Source: a virus. From it: a DNA stretch of 64,000 nt. Numbering within the stretch: position 1 is the first letter of the stretch; each line of letters opens with the position of its first letter. Below the pieces are notes generated by a model, which saw only the letters and a list, made by a program, of their open reading frames with translations, was not told where the DNA came from and made no database searches. The translations under genes and the position numbers were made by a program. This document shows, piece by piece, positions 36,548-47,784 of this stretch. The stretch lies in IMG/VR virus record IMGVR_UViG_3300024258_000005. One strand, 5' to 3'.

Positions 36548-37201
36548 ATGACAAAAGAATTTATCATCAATAATTTTATTGATGATAATGGCCAGTTAGA
36601 TAGACAAGCTTTTTTAAAATATTATGATTGTGATTCAACTTCTATTTATAAATTGTTAAAAATATTAAATAATAAAATATTAAATTATGAATATTGGAAC
36701 AATAGAGAATATATAATTAATAATTTTCTTGATAAAAATAACATAATAGATAGAAAAATTATTGAATCTTTTTTTGGATGTGAAAGAACATCGATAGATA
36801 GACAGCTTAAAAAATTAAAAATAGATTATAATTATAAAAGAAAACAATTTAAAAGATCCAATAAAAGTAAATATGAATATAAAATTATTAATATTTTAAA
36901 AAAACTCAACCCAAATATAAAAATAACACATTCAACTTATAATATTATATCTCCATTAGAACTTGATATTTTTCTACCTGAATATAATATAGCTATTGAG
37001 TTTAATGGTCTATATTGGCATAGTTATTCTAAAAATAATAATGTTTCAAAAAGACAAGGAAATTTAGAATTTCATAATGGTGAAATATTAAAAGATGAAA
37101 ATTATATGTGGGAAAATACTATATTACATTTAGGTCAAAAAATTTTAAATGGTAGAATACTGTATAATGCTGGAAAAATAATATATAAAAGGAAAAATTA
37201 A
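36548..37201 (+). CDS. PD-(D/E)XK (DUF559/Vsr-like) putative homing endonuclease, probably degenerate
   Basis: ELDIFLPEYNIAIEFNGLYWHS; two N-terminal repeats. Confidence 0.7.
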   Translation: MTKEFIINNFIDDNGQLDRQAFLKYYDCDSTSIYKLLKILNNKILNYEYWNNREYIINNFLDKNNIIDRKIIESFFGCERTSIDRQLKKLKIDYNYKRKQFKRSNKSKYEYKIINILKKLNPNIKITHSTYNIISPLELDIFLPEYNIAIEFNGLYWHSYSKNNNVSKRQGNLEFHNGEILKDENYMWENTILHLGQKILNGRILYNAGKIIYKRKN

Positions 37202-38592
37202 TGGCTAAAGAAATTGGCGATAAAAGAGAACGGAAATTAAAAATTAGTGTAGAAGAGGTTGAAATAACTATTAAGCAATTATTAGTTGATTTTGATCTAG
37301 ATTACAAAATTGAAAGATTCATTGACTCCAAATTGGACGTAATGTTAAATGAAACTCAAATATTAAAAAATAATGAATTAAAGAATAATAGAAACTATAA
37401 ATATCAATTTGATAATGATTTATTTGTTGAAATTTATGATTTTATATATCCATTAATTAAAGAAACAACTCAAAAAGATATTGCAAACTCTGCTAATGAT
37501 GAAAACTATGAACGTAAAATTGAAATTTATGATAATATATTTCAAGTAGTAGATTTAACAATGTACAAGATTGGAATCTCTAAAATTAAGTTGGTAACTT
37601 TCCATTATTTATTAAAAATGTTAGAAAAGAAAGCTGATGTAATAATGCAGCAAAGAAAGATTAAAATTATTCGTGGATATAAAACTTCAATTGAAATATT
37701 TTCGCATGAGCTTTTAACTATCATTGCACAGAATCCTGATTTAGAAAAATTTACTTTAACTTTAAGAAGTTTAATTGAACAGTGGCTTATAAAGTATAAT
37801 AACCGCACTAAAATTGGTCAATTTTATTACAGCATACTAATGATCAACCAAGAGCAAGTTATTGAGAAAATCTTGAGATATATGATGTTTACAGCTATTA
37901 AAAATATGAACCCTATTTACTTACGAGCTATCTTTAGTACATATGTAACATTAATTCATAAAAACATATTTTCATTTTATGCTTTAAAGCTTAGTAATGT
38001 TAAAGTTGGATATTTTAAACAACTAGAATCTCTTTTCGAAGATTCTTTGACAAATAATGTTCAAACAATTCAAGTAAATGAAATGATTGTTCAAAATCGG
38101 ATAATGTCATACGCTATGAAAAATAAAAAGTATTTTAAACACAATTATGAGTTTCTAATGGATGAATATAGTTCTAGTTTTATGGATTTAAACTATTTTG
38201 ACTTACTTTATAGTTATGATAAGAATATACCTATATTAGATTATTTCTTTTATTATTCGAAATTTTTAAAGCTTACACGAAACAGCTTTAGAAGTCAAAG
38301 TAAACTATATAAAATAAATTCTGATTTTTTTAAATCAAATAATAAGAAGACTTTAAAAATCTATATTAATGATTTAATACATGAAAGATTTTATGAATAT
38401 TTTTATGAAATATTTAAAGATAAAGACACTATTGATACTATATGTGAGACAATTGGTAATAACCTTCTAAAGAAAATTAATCAAAACAATTTTGTGACTA
38501 GTGATTTTAATAAATTACTATTAACATTTGATGATTATTTAAATCAATTAGGTCAACTGATTTCATCTATGCAAAAACTTATGAACGAATAG
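37201..38592 (+). CDS. Hypothetical helical protein
   Basis: 463-aa ORF with TAATG coupling; no motif recognised. Confidence 0.8.
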   Translation: MAKEIGDKRERKLKISVEEVEITIKQLLVDFDLDYKIERFIDSKLDVMLNETQILKNNELKNNRNYKYQFDNDLFVEIYDFIYPLIKETTQKDIANSANDENYERKIEIYDNIFQVVDLTMYKIGISKIKLVTFHYLLKMLEKKADVIMQQRKIKIIRGYKTSIEIFSHELLTIIAQNPDLEKFTLTLRSLIEQWLIKYNNRTKIGQFYYSILMINQEQVIEKILRYMMFTAIKNMNPIYLRAIFSTYVTLIHKNIFSFYALKLSNVKVGYFKQLESLFEDSLTNNVQTIQVNEMIVQNRIMSYAMKNKKYFKHNYEFLMDEYSSSFMDLNYFDLLYSYDKNIPILDYFFYYSKFLKLTRNSFRSQSKLYKINSDFFKSNNKKTLKIYINDLIHERFYEYFYEIFKDKDTIDTICETIGNNLLKKINQNNFVTSDFNKLLLTFDDYLNQLGQLISSMQKLMNE

Positions 38593-38629
38593 TTCATAGG
38601 TTTTCTTGTCCTTTATTCATAGTTCCTTG

Positions 38630-38642
38630 AACAAATATTAAA
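38630..38642 (+). promoter_or_regulatory. Candidate late promoter motif AACAAATATTAAA
   Basis: 16 nt upstream of the baseplate hub ATG; identical copy 16 nt upstream of the wedge gene on the - strand. Confidence 0.5.
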
Positions 38643-38658
38643 ACTAGAAGGAGTACAC

Positions 38659-40032
38659 ATGGATTATTCAGCAGGTACTATGAGAAGTGCATTAGTAGGA
38701 AACACACAAAGTATTATAATTGAAAAATCATATATAGGTGTAATCAAAGAAGGTGTTAGTAAAGAACTTGATGGAAAATATTTAGTTCATATTCGAGAAC
38801 TTATGGGTTTGGATGGAGCGCTTAAACCTATATGGGTAAAAAATGAAGTACTTGGAAACAGATTTTCTAGATGGTTAGATTTAGAATCAAAAGATACAAA
38901 ATCTTCTGGTTCATATTTTCCATTGCAACCAGGTATGATGGTCAATGTTAGGTTCCGTGGTTATACAATGGAATCTGGATATATTTCAAATGTTGTTTCA
39001 TATTTACCACTTGTTGATAAACCAGGTGCAAGAGATACTTTTTATTTATTAAATAAGACTGTTAAAAATTCTTGGATTTACCAAGATGATGCTAGAAATT
39101 TAACACATATTATGCAGAGTGGGGGTAAGAGTAATATTACTTTAGATGATAATGGTATTACACTTCAAACTGGTGGTAAAGTCAAGACTAATGGTTTTGA
39201 AGTTTCAAAAACCGGTACAAGATTTGAATTTGGAAATGCTTCTATTTCTTTAGATAGTTCAGGTATTACTTTTAAAGTTGGAGACACTACTTTAACGATG
39301 TCGGAGACAGGTATTAATGTTAATACTCAAGGTGCTCTTGATATTGAATCAGGTAAGATGGCTAGGATAAAAGCTAGACGTTTAGAACTTGGTGCAAGTG
39401 AAGAAATGACATTACACTCTAATGTTCTAAGAGTAACTGGTTCAACTCAATGTTCTCTTGCCTCAAATGTAGTAAATATTAATAGTGTTATACATACTAA
39501 TATTGAGTCACAAGCTCAAGTTAATATTGCTGGATTAATGAAAACTAAAATTGCTGCTCCTGTATTAGATATAACAAGTTTAACTAATATCAATATTGCT
39601 GGACCAGTTATTACACTTTCAGGTCAAAATACAAATATTGATGGAACTGCTGCGCTTAATATATCAAGTGCTAGTATAGCAATGGATGGTATGCTATCAC
39701 ATGGTTTAGGTTTAGCTACTTCTACTAATACATCAATGGCTGCTACAAATTTAGCTCTTGGTCTTTCAACAGATGCTGCAAATATTGCTTTAGTTACTGG
39801 TTTAGGTTTATCCAATCCAGTATCAGCTATTGTTAATTCAACTATGGTTCAAGCTATTCCAGGTTCATGTGCTCCAGTTGGTGAGATATTAAAACCTGTA
39901 ATAACATCAGCGAAAGTTGGTAGCTCAACGACTGAAAAATTACAATACATTGCATCATCAAATGATAGTTATAATATAGCACTAAAAGATCAATTTGATG
40001 GATTAAGGAATACACATGAAATACGCGTCTAG
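38659..40032 (+). CDS. Baseplate hub/spike protein (gp5/VgrG-like OB-fold + beta-helix)
   Basis: GVI...DGKYLVHI.EL...GSYFPLQPGMMVNVRF; S/T/G/I-rich beta-repeat region; PAAR-like gene downstream. Confidence 0.7.
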   Translation: MDYSAGTMRSALVGNTQSIIIEKSYIGVIKEGVSKELDGKYLVHIRELMGLDGALKPIWVKNEVLGNRFSRWLDLESKDTKSSGSYFPLQPGMMVNVRFRGYTMESGYISNVVSYLPLVDKPGARDTFYLLNKTVKNSWIYQDDARNLTHIMQSGGKSNITLDDNGITLQTGGKVKTNGFEVSKTGTRFEFGNASISLDSSGITFKVGDTTLTMSETGINVNTQGALDIESGKMARIKARRLELGASEEMTLHSNVLRVTGSTQCSLASNVVNINSVIHTNIESQAQVNIAGLMKTKIAAPVLDITSLTNINIAGPVITLSGQNTNIDGTAALNISSASIAMDGMLSHGLGLATSTNTSMAATNLALGLSTDAANIALVTGLGLSNPVSAIVNSTMVQAIPGSCAPVGEILKPVITSAKVGSSTTEKLQYIASSNDSYNIALKDQFDGLRNTHEIRV

Positions 40033-43000
40033 TTTTGAAGATGTTTTTACAAACGGATATACTTCAGAGTCTCGTTCTCTTTTGGAGGCTGAAACTATAA
40101 ATTCAATAAATAATAACATGGACGATGCTACCGGAACGATTCTACCACCATGTCATTTGGATTTTGGAAACTTTGGAAATATAGAATTTCCTTGGATGGA
40201 TATTAAAGCTGCTCCTGTTAATTATAAATTATTTAATAAACTTCATCAATTATCAAATGTTATTCGATCTATTAATGATGCGTTTATATCTTTAATTTTA
40301 GAGTTTCAATGTTGTGGAATTGCTGAGCTTTATAATAATAGTATTATTCCTATTTTCGAATGGGTACTTAAAGATTTTATTGGTGTTTTAACTGATATTG
40401 CTAGTGGATTAATTCAAGGCAATCAAGCGTTTAAAGTTTTAGTTTGTGCTGTAAAACCGGTTCCGGCTAACCCTTGGTTAGGTATAGGGGGCGTGGATTA
40501 TTTAAGTACAGTATATTCATATTTAAATGGTTTTGAAGCTATTTATAATTGGATTATGGATGGGAATCCAGTAGATTTAATTTTAAATCCGGTTCAAGAT
40601 TTTTATAATAAAATTAGTTCTTGTACTCCAATTAATGCCCCAGTAACGGAAGTTAACCTTGAATTAGGAAGTGAAAGATTAAAAGAATTATTATCAAGTT
40701 ATAAAAATTCAGATAAGACCAGCCCAGAAGCAATTACTTCTGTTCAACAAACATTTAATGATTTTAAATCATATGAGAAAGATAAATTCGTAATACATAG
40801 AAAGATTACAGATTTAAAAAATCAAAAAATTATTTTAAGTTATGCTCCAGAAGAATTATATGCTATATTAAGAACTTTTGATATTGATGAAGAATTAAAA
40901 ACTTTAAATGATGAAGTTAAACAATTGAATACTGACAACGCTGAAACTATTAAAGCTTATAATGCTTATCAAGATGAAGAAATTGCAAGTACAATCATTG
41001 AGAGTACAAAATTATTATCAAGTGATAGATTAGTATCAAAAAATATTGATCAATTGTTAGTTGACAAATTTAATCCTACATGTTCATGTTTGACAAATAT
41101 TATAGGAATTAGTGCTTATAATTTACCCACTTATAGAACTATTCGAACTTGGGCTGATGTTGATAATCTTTCAAGTGAAGTTCATTGGGGAAGTAGAGAA
41201 ATTTGGAAAACTGCTTTAGAAAAAATTGATGATGGTTTATCTTTAGATACTGATATTGTTAACAATATCTTTATCAGTAGAAAAAATATACAAAAATTAT
41301 ATGATGATAATAATAGTAGTATTGATCGTGATAATAAAGTAACTCTTGAAGTTAATTCTTATAATTTTGGAAATAGTATATCTGGAAGTGACATAGATTA
41401 TAATTATATTGATGGTAATGGTGTTAGAGAAGATGAATCTTTTGATGTTTCAGTTGTTTCAAATCTTCCTTTTATAACTTGGGATACACAAAAGCTTTAT
41501 TTATATAGTGATGTGTATGCTCATTCTGATTCTGATGTTAGAACTATTTTTGATATTAATGCAGAAAGATACGACGAAAAAAATAGATTATTAAAAGACA
41601 TGGCTATTGTTACAAGTAGAAAAATTCAAATAGAATATAGAATGGAAGAAATTTGGAATAATCTCCGTAGAGCTGCTATTGATAAAATGAATTTTGAAAA
41701 ATTCTATGAAGCAACTAAAGATACAGATGAATCATTTTTAGATTTAGATATATTTCATGCTACAAGTTATAGCACTGGTTTTGAAAGTAGTTTAGATTTT
41801 CTATCAGGTGCAAACATGTTATCTAAACTTGGTGCTGGTTTTGATATGAATAAGTTTTTATTAGAATTTCAAATTACAGATTTTACATTTGATGAAGCTG
41901 AAACTGATATGGAAAACTTTGAATTTCTTAAAATTGAATGGATTGAACTTTCAAAAAGTGCTGGTCAGTATGACGGTTTAATTACTAGAATCGATAGTGT
42001 TATTAAAATTGATAATGTTGTAGTTGAAATTATTGATCAAAGTATTCAAGATTGTGGATGTGATATACTTTGTAAATTACTTCAATGGGTTTTAGATATT
42101 ATTTTAAGTACTGTTAATTCACTTATTGAGATGATAATTGCTAAAATTTTAAAGATGGTATTAAACGAACATGTTGCTTATATAATAAAAGTTATTTTAC
42201 AATATGCTCAATGTATTGCGGATATTGCGGCATTCAGTGATAATATAAGTGATATTAAAGCCAGAGCTTCTGCTATGAATGATGAAACATCTGGAGAAAA
42301 TGCTGGACTAAATCTTATGAAAGATCCTGCTTATTGTGATGCTCAGGCAACTGTTTTTAATACTTTAGATAAATTATTAATAGAAGATGAGATTCATGTT
42401 TCTCATGGTGATGCAAATGATTTAGATGATGATGATACTATTATATATCCTGATCCTAGTTTTGGTGTAATTGATACAGATAATACTCCAAATCCTGGAA
42501 ACATTCTTATTAATAATGGAACAACAGTTAAAGGTGATATTAAAGCAGGTAAATCAATACCTGAAGTAGAAATAATTTGTGCTGAGGATTTAAAACCTAG
42601 CTTAACTGCTGTTTTAGATCCAGTAAATCAATATGAAGTTCTACTTGTGTTTAAACCTAGTGATTATATAAATTCTGCACCTGTGGTTGAAGTGGAACAA
42701 GGTGATATTGTTACACCTGATGCATTAGATATAGATGGGAATATTATAAACACCAGTGAAGTAACAAGTCAAGTTCAATCACTTAGTGATCTTTTAAAAG
42801 TTGCAGAACAACAAGTACAAGAAGCTTTAAATGCTCCTGTGTATTTAGATACGGATTGCGAAATACATGCTACGCCAAATACAATGACATTATGTAGTAC
42901 TGATAATTTATTTATTGAAAGTACTTATATTATTGATGATGTGGGTGAAGAAGTTGTAGATTTTGATACATATGGTGAGCTATCTGCGAACGCAAATATA

Positions 43001-44902
43001 ACTGTAGATGTTAAATATGAATATTTCCCTGAAGATGATAATGCTGATGAAAATGGTATGGTTCAGATTCCAGAAAACGAAACATATAGAACATATACAA
43101 TACCTGATGGAACGATTACTGTTAATCCTCCTGTTGTTAATACGTGGGTTGAGATAGTTGATATTGATACTCCACAAATAGACGATTTTTCTTCTTCAAC
43201 TGAAACAGTTATAGAAAATTTTGAAACACTAAGTACATTAATTGAATTACAAACTAGTTTTAATTTAAACGGAGATATACTTGAGAAGCATTATGAAGAA
43301 ACAAGAACATTAACAGTTGATGCCCCATTTCGATTTATTGATTTAGAAATTTTAGTTACTTTTAAAAATTTAGTAAATAGTCTTGATGTTCGATTTGTTT
43401 TAGATGTTCTTGGTTCAGGTGAAGTATCATCTCCCTCATTATATGATGCAAATGTTAGATATAGAAATGTTGTTGATATAGGTTTTTTACAATCTACTAA
43501 TGGGGTCGTTTATCATATTAGTGATAGGCGATTATTATTTCTTTCACAAACGTTATTAAAAGATAATAGTCTTATAAAGGATCCTAGAGCAGTTGCGGAA
43601 GAAGCAGAAACTCAAAAGAATGCTGGTAATACTGAACTTGATAAATGTTTATTACCTGAAAATCAACAAGAAGTTGTTCAAGTACAACAAGGAATAACTG
43701 AAAATATTACAGCTGCTATTGATTCATTTAATAAAAGCACAGCGGCTTTAATTCCAGAAGTTGTTGAGATAGAACCAATTGATTATAATCCTATTCAATT
43801 GGATACTTTAAAATATTCAATTCCATTAATAGTATTAAATCAAGAACATAATATTATACTACAAATTGTTGACAAGAAGATATTTCTTCAGTTCAAATCT
43901 AATTCCTTGGTGATGTCTGCTCCTTTAATTATTGACCATGAGTTGGTACCTGATGATACTTATATGTTAGTTTTTGGTACAAATAATCTGATGGTTGATT
44001 TAAAATTAATTACTCAGGATAAAATCGTACATGAAATTAGAGGTATTAATTCATCTGGTGTTTCTTTACTTCCTACTATTATTGGTGGTAATGCTGATGG
44101 TACGGAATCATTCTGTGGTGCCACTCTTTTAGATTTAATATTTTCAAAAGGTGGTGGATTATCAGATGATTATTATAATAGATCTGTAATGTCATATATT
44201 CCTAGAACAGCTGCTGTTGTATTTGACTTTAGTGTAAGTCAAGGTTCAAGAGTATTTAACACTATTAATAAAGCAGGTGCTGTTTTTATTAAAGATCAAA
44301 CTGTACTAGATAGATTTAATAATCCTATTGAAGTGGCTGCTCAAAAAGCAGATTACTATGGTGATATTTTATCAAATAATTATTATCAAGTTCTAAATGG
44401 ATACATGGATAATTTCTTTTGTAGAGAGAATTTACAAAATAAAGATTTTACTGTTTCATTATGGTTAAATAAAATAGACACTGTTGAGAGTACACGACAT
44501 ATAATTTTAGCAGATGATATTAATCAGAATTATATTTATTATGATTCTGTTGCTAATAGAATAATTTTGGATATTTATTTAGAAGAGATTCAATTTGTAT
44601 TTATACAGTTGACAACTTGGACACATATAACATTTAAACATAATTATTACAGTAATCGTTTTGTTTTAGATATTCATGAATTGGATGGTGCTTCACACAC
44701 TCTAGCTATTAACTCAAGAATTCAATTTTCACTTATGAGTATTTTTGCTGAGTATAGTTATGACACTAAAAAATATATTAATGAATTCGGCGGATTATTA
44801 AGTACAGTATCAATATTCTTTACAGATATTGATTCACTAACTTATAATACTTTGCACAATGAACAGAGTATTTTAGTTAGAGGTATGGAGAATTTATTAT
44901 GA
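40016..44902 (+). CDS. Large virion structural protein (C-terminal LamG/ConA-like region)
   Basis: 1628 aa, acidic, scattered Cys; FTVSLWL...WTHITF near the C-terminus; lies between hub and PAAR genes. Confidence 0.6.
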   Translation: MKYASSFEDVFTNGYTSESRSLLEAETINSINNNMDDATGTILPPCHLDFGNFGNIEFPWMDIKAAPVNYKLFNKLHQLSNVIRSINDAFISLILEFQCCGIAELYNNSIIPIFEWVLKDFIGVLTDIASGLIQGNQAFKVLVCAVKPVPANPWLGIGGVDYLSTVYSYLNGFEAIYNWIMDGNPVDLILNPVQDFYNKISSCTPINAPVTEVNLELGSERLKELLSSYKNSDKTSPEAITSVQQTFNDFKSYEKDKFVIHRKITDLKNQKIILSYAPEELYAILRTFDIDEELKTLNDEVKQLNTDNAETIKAYNAYQDEEIASTIIESTKLLSSDRLVSKNIDQLLVDKFNPTCSCLTNIIGISAYNLPTYRTIRTWADVDNLSSEVHWGSREIWKTALEKIDDGLSLDTDIVNNIFISRKNIQKLYDDNNSSIDRDNKVTLEVNSYNFGNSISGSDIDYNYIDGNGVREDESFDVSVVSNLPFITWDTQKLYLYSDVYAHSDSDVRTIFDINAERYDEKNRLLKDMAIVTSRKIQIEYRMEEIWNNLRRAAIDKMNFEKFYEATKDTDESFLDLDIFHATSYSTGFESSLDFLSGANMLSKLGAGFDMNKFLLEFQITDFTFDEAETDMENFEFLKIEWIELSKSAGQYDGLITRIDSVIKIDNVVVEIIDQSIQDCGCDILCKLLQWVLDIILSTVNSLIEMIIAKILKMVLNEHVAYIIKVILQYAQCIADIAAFSDNISDIKARASAMNDETSGENAGLNLMKDPAYCDAQATVFNTLDKLLIEDEIHVSHGDANDLDDDDTIIYPDPSFGVIDTDNTPNPGNILINNGTTVKGDIKAGKSIPEVEIICAEDLKPSLTAVLDPVNQYEVLLVFKPSDYINSAPVVEVEQGDIVTPDALDIDGNIINTSEVTSQVQSLSDLLKVAEQQVQEALNAPVYLDTDCEIHATPNTMTLCSTDNLFIESTYIIDDVGEEVVDFDTYGELSANANITVDVKYEYFPEDDNADENGMVQIPENETYRTYTIPDGTITVNPPVVNTWVEIVDIDTPQIDDFSSSTETVIENFETLSTLIELQTSFNLNGDILEKHYEETRTLTVDAPFRFIDLEILVTFKNLVNSLDVRFVLDVLGSGEVSSPSLYDANVRYRNVVDIGFLQSTNGVVYHISDRRLLFLSQTLLKDNSLIKDPRAVAEEAETQKNAGNTELDKCLLPENQQEVVQVQQGITENITAAIDSFNKSTAALIPEVVEIEPIDYNPIQLDTLKYSIPLIVLNQEHNIILQIVDKKIFLQFKSNSLVMSAPLIIDHELVPDDTYMLVFGTNNLMVDLKLITQDKIVHEIRGINSSGVSLLPTIIGGNADGTESFCGATLLDLIFSKGGGLSDDYYNRSVMSYIPRTAAVVFDFSVSQGSRVFNTINKAGAVFIKDQTVLDRFNNPIEVAAQKADYYGDILSNNYYQVLNGYMDNFFCRENLQNKDFTVSLWLNKIDTVESTRHIILADDINQNYIYYDSVANRIILDIYLEEIQFVFIQLTTWTHITFKHNYYSNRFVLDIHELDGASHTLAINSRIQFSLMSIFAEYSYDTKKYINEFGGLLSTVSIFFTDIDSLTYNTLHNEQSILVRGMENLL

Positions 44903-45183
44903 TAGTTGCTAAAGTAGGAGATGTTGCCCCAGGCATGTGTATGTGTGTTCCGTACCCACCTGGACCTTATCCTGCAACTGGTGTTGTAATGACTGGTTCA
45001 GCTTTAGTGTCAACTACTGGTATACCAATAGCTGACGCTTCAAGTATAGTAATGTACCCTTGTGGTACTAGTGTTATAATAGCAACAGGTGTTAATCTAT
45101 TGATGGCTGCTAGAACAGGAGATGTTGTTACTGGGTGTGGAGTAGGAACACTTACAGGAACAAGTACAATAACAAGTTTATAA
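44899..45183 (+). CDS. PAAR-like spike tip protein
   Basis: 94 aa; AKVGD..GMC.C...P...G...TG...V...GIP.A...CG....AARTGD. Confidence 0.8.
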   Translation: MIVAKVGDVAPGMCMCVPYPPGPYPATGVVMTGSALVSTTGIPIADASSIVMYPCGTSVIIATGVNLLMAARTGDVVTGCGVGTLTGTSTITSL

Positions 45184-45192
45184 AGGATATAA

Positions 45193-47277
45193 ATGAACAC
45201 AGCAATTCAGAGATTGATAACTGATACGGCAGCGCTAAAGATTACTTTAGATGAAAAGATTGTCGAAACAAACACCGTAGTTGATAATATTAATTCAACT
45301 AAAGATGTTGATGCAACAACTATTATTTTAAATAATTTAAATACTGATTTAATAACAACTGGAGTTTTAAACTTTACGGGTGATTCAACTACAGGAGCAA
45401 ATGCTTTATCTGATAGATTAATACTAAGAGGTAAAGATTTATTATTAATAGCTGACCAAACTGATCAGTTTATTTGTATAGCAACTGATTCATTAACTAG
45501 AGTTATTGATGTATTTTTACATATAAATGCTAAACGTTTTAATTTTACTCTTTTGGATATTTTAGAATTAGTAATATTAAAACAAGTAGAACTTTTAGAT
45601 TATTTAGAATCAAGAGCTTTAAACTTAACAGCAGCAGAAGTGCTTATAACATCTACAACTGCTAATGCTTTAAATAATGAAAAGATTGCTTTATTGAATT
45701 CATTTTCTTCAACTACTGGAGACTTTAAAAATATAATTGATGAATCAATGAATGTTTTAGATATCTTCCAAAAAATATTAGCGGTTAATTCGTCAGTTGG
45801 TGTTGCATTGAGTGTTACAAAACAAGCATGGTCTGAATTAGCCATTATGAATACTTTACAATATGAGGTAGAAGAAGAAGTTTTAGCTCCAGTTAATGAA
45901 GTCGAAACAGTAAATGTTTTATCTGATAGTTTTTTACTAAATAGTAAAGGATTGGGAACATTACATTTAAAATTCTTAAAATATATTCCGCAATTATTTT
46001 TAAACTCTGGAATATATAAATCTGGTTTATATAGTTATGTTGTTCTTAATGAACAAGATTCCTCGCCTTTAATTCCAACTATTCCAACTGAGTTTGAAAA
46101 ATTATTAGTAGGAGACATTAATCTTTTACCTAGAAATTTACCTATTCAATTAGAAGAAATTTTTGGATATATGAGTTTTGTTCAAAATTTAGATACAAGT
46201 GATGTTGCTCTTGAAACTTATTATGATACTTTAATATCTCCTATAATTAGCTTAATTGATTTTAAAGCTTTATTTGTATCTGATGATTATTTAAGTTTTA
46301 TTAATGGTTTATCTAATGGTTTAGATAGTACTAGCATTCCTGAATTTATTGAACAATATCATAATAGATTAAATGTTACAAAATTAAATAATGTTTTAGA
46401 TGATAAAAATATTTCTAGGAATGTTGAATTTCAAGAAGAAATGTTTTTACATGCTTCTTTATTTGATGGTACTAATACATTTTTTAATGCAGAACTTGTA
46501 ACTTTTATTCAAGATGCCTTTAATTCTTATAATGGTAGTTTTGATTACTTAACTGATATTGAAGACTATAAGGTGCAGTATAGAGTTGCTCATTTAGATG
46601 ATACATTAAGAATCAAAAATAATTCTGGTAAAATAAAAATAAAAGAATTTATTGATGATAAACTTACTGTAAATATATCTGATCTTCCTTATAAATATAT
46701 CACATATAGTGACGATCTTCAAATATATTATGCTGAGGTTCAATTTGGTGATATGACTTTTGTAATCAAAGGTGATACTTTAAGATTAGTATATGTTATT
46801 GATTATGAGGGACCTGGTGTTGAAACTATTTTACTTGAGAAGAGAACTTTAATTGTAGATTATAAAATTAGTGGTTATTTAATAAACTCTAATGATATAC
46901 ATTCACTAATATTAAATACATTAATAGAAAATAATATACAAAAAGAATCTGACTTAGTTGCTGGATTAGAAGCTAATAATGTTATAGATATTTCATTATT
47001 ATATGATGATGTTTTAGATGAATATAATATTGTCAAAGATAAAGAATCAATTGAAACAACAACTACTTATATTTCTGAGGATGCTGTTGATAGAATATCA
47101 ACTAACGTAACGAATGCTTATAGACAACAATTGATCGATGGGAATATTGATTATTCTCAAGCTAGAACAAGAAGTATTATTAGTGCTTTACGACATTTGA
47201 AATATCGACAAACATTGGAAGATTTTATTGATCTGACTTGGACGTCTGGTATTCCACACCCAACAAGGTTATTATAA
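45193..47277 (+). CDS. Hypothetical structural protein
   Basis: 694-aa acidic ORF in the baseplate operon. Confidence 0.7.
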   Translation: MNTAIQRLITDTAALKITLDEKIVETNTVVDNINSTKDVDATTIILNNLNTDLITTGVLNFTGDSTTGANALSDRLILRGKDLLLIADQTDQFICIATDSLTRVIDVFLHINAKRFNFTLLDILELVILKQVELLDYLESRALNLTAAEVLITSTTANALNNEKIALLNSFSSTTGDFKNIIDESMNVLDIFQKILAVNSSVGVALSVTKQAWSELAIMNTLQYEVEEEVLAPVNEVETVNVLSDSFLLNSKGLGTLHLKFLKYIPQLFLNSGIYKSGLYSYVVLNEQDSSPLIPTIPTEFEKLLVGDINLLPRNLPIQLEEIFGYMSFVQNLDTSDVALETYYDTLISPIISLIDFKALFVSDDYLSFINGLSNGLDSTSIPEFIEQYHNRLNVTKLNNVLDDKNISRNVEFQEEMFLHASLFDGTNTFFNAELVTFIQDAFNSYNGSFDYLTDIEDYKVQYRVAHLDDTLRIKNNSGKIKIKEFIDDKLTVNISDLPYKYITYSDDLQIYYAEVQFGDMTFVIKGDTLRLVYVIDYEGPGVETILLEKRTLIVDYKISGYLINSNDIHSLILNTLIENNIQKESDLVAGLEANNVIDISLLYDDVLDEYNIVKDKESIETTTTYISEDAVDRISTNVTNAYRQQLIDGNIDYSQARTRSIISALRHLKYRQTLEDFIDLTWTSGIPHPTRLL

Positions 47278-47784
47278 ATGAAATATAAATACGACATTTC
47301 AGCTGAGAAAGAATTTAAAAGAGTTGCCACATTTAAAAGACCACCAAAAGGTTTTATTATCTTTGATAGTTATAACAATGAATGGTTTCCTCTTAAATTA
47401 GTAACAGTTGATAAGGTAGATTTTAATCTACGAATTTTAAAAGACGAATTTCACCGAACATTTGGTGGTAGTGCGATGCAAGAAATTTTTATGCCTTGGC
47501 ATTATACAGTAGAACTTATTTCAAAAAATTATTATTGTATGAATACAAGACCAATTGCTTATAAAAGTTTAATACCTGGATATGAAGATTATATATCCAT
47601 TTGTGTTGTAGGTGATAGTAATTTAGATATTTATTCACCTGAATTCTATAAAGTTATTGCTCACACAGTTATGAATCCAATTCATTATCTTCCAGGTTGG
47701 CGTTTAAATCCTGATGGTAATACAACTTTTCATAATCTGGGAAGTGGTTTTAAAGAAAATAGTTTAGAAAAGAATTTTAGATAA
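47278..47784 (+). CDS. Amidase_2/T7-lysozyme-fold-like protein, probably lacking zinc ligands
   Basis: PWHYTV, NTRP and ISICVVGD resemble GYHFVI, GRP and SIGIC..G. Confidence 0.45.
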   Translation: MKYKYDISAEKEFKRVATFKRPPKGFIIFDSYNNEWFPLKLVTVDKVDFNLRILKDEFHRTFGGSAMQEIFMPWHYTVELISKNYYCMNTRPIAYKSLIPGYEDYISICVVGDSNLDIYSPEFYKVIAHTVMNPIHYLPGWRLNPDGNTTFHNLGSGFKENSLEKNFR

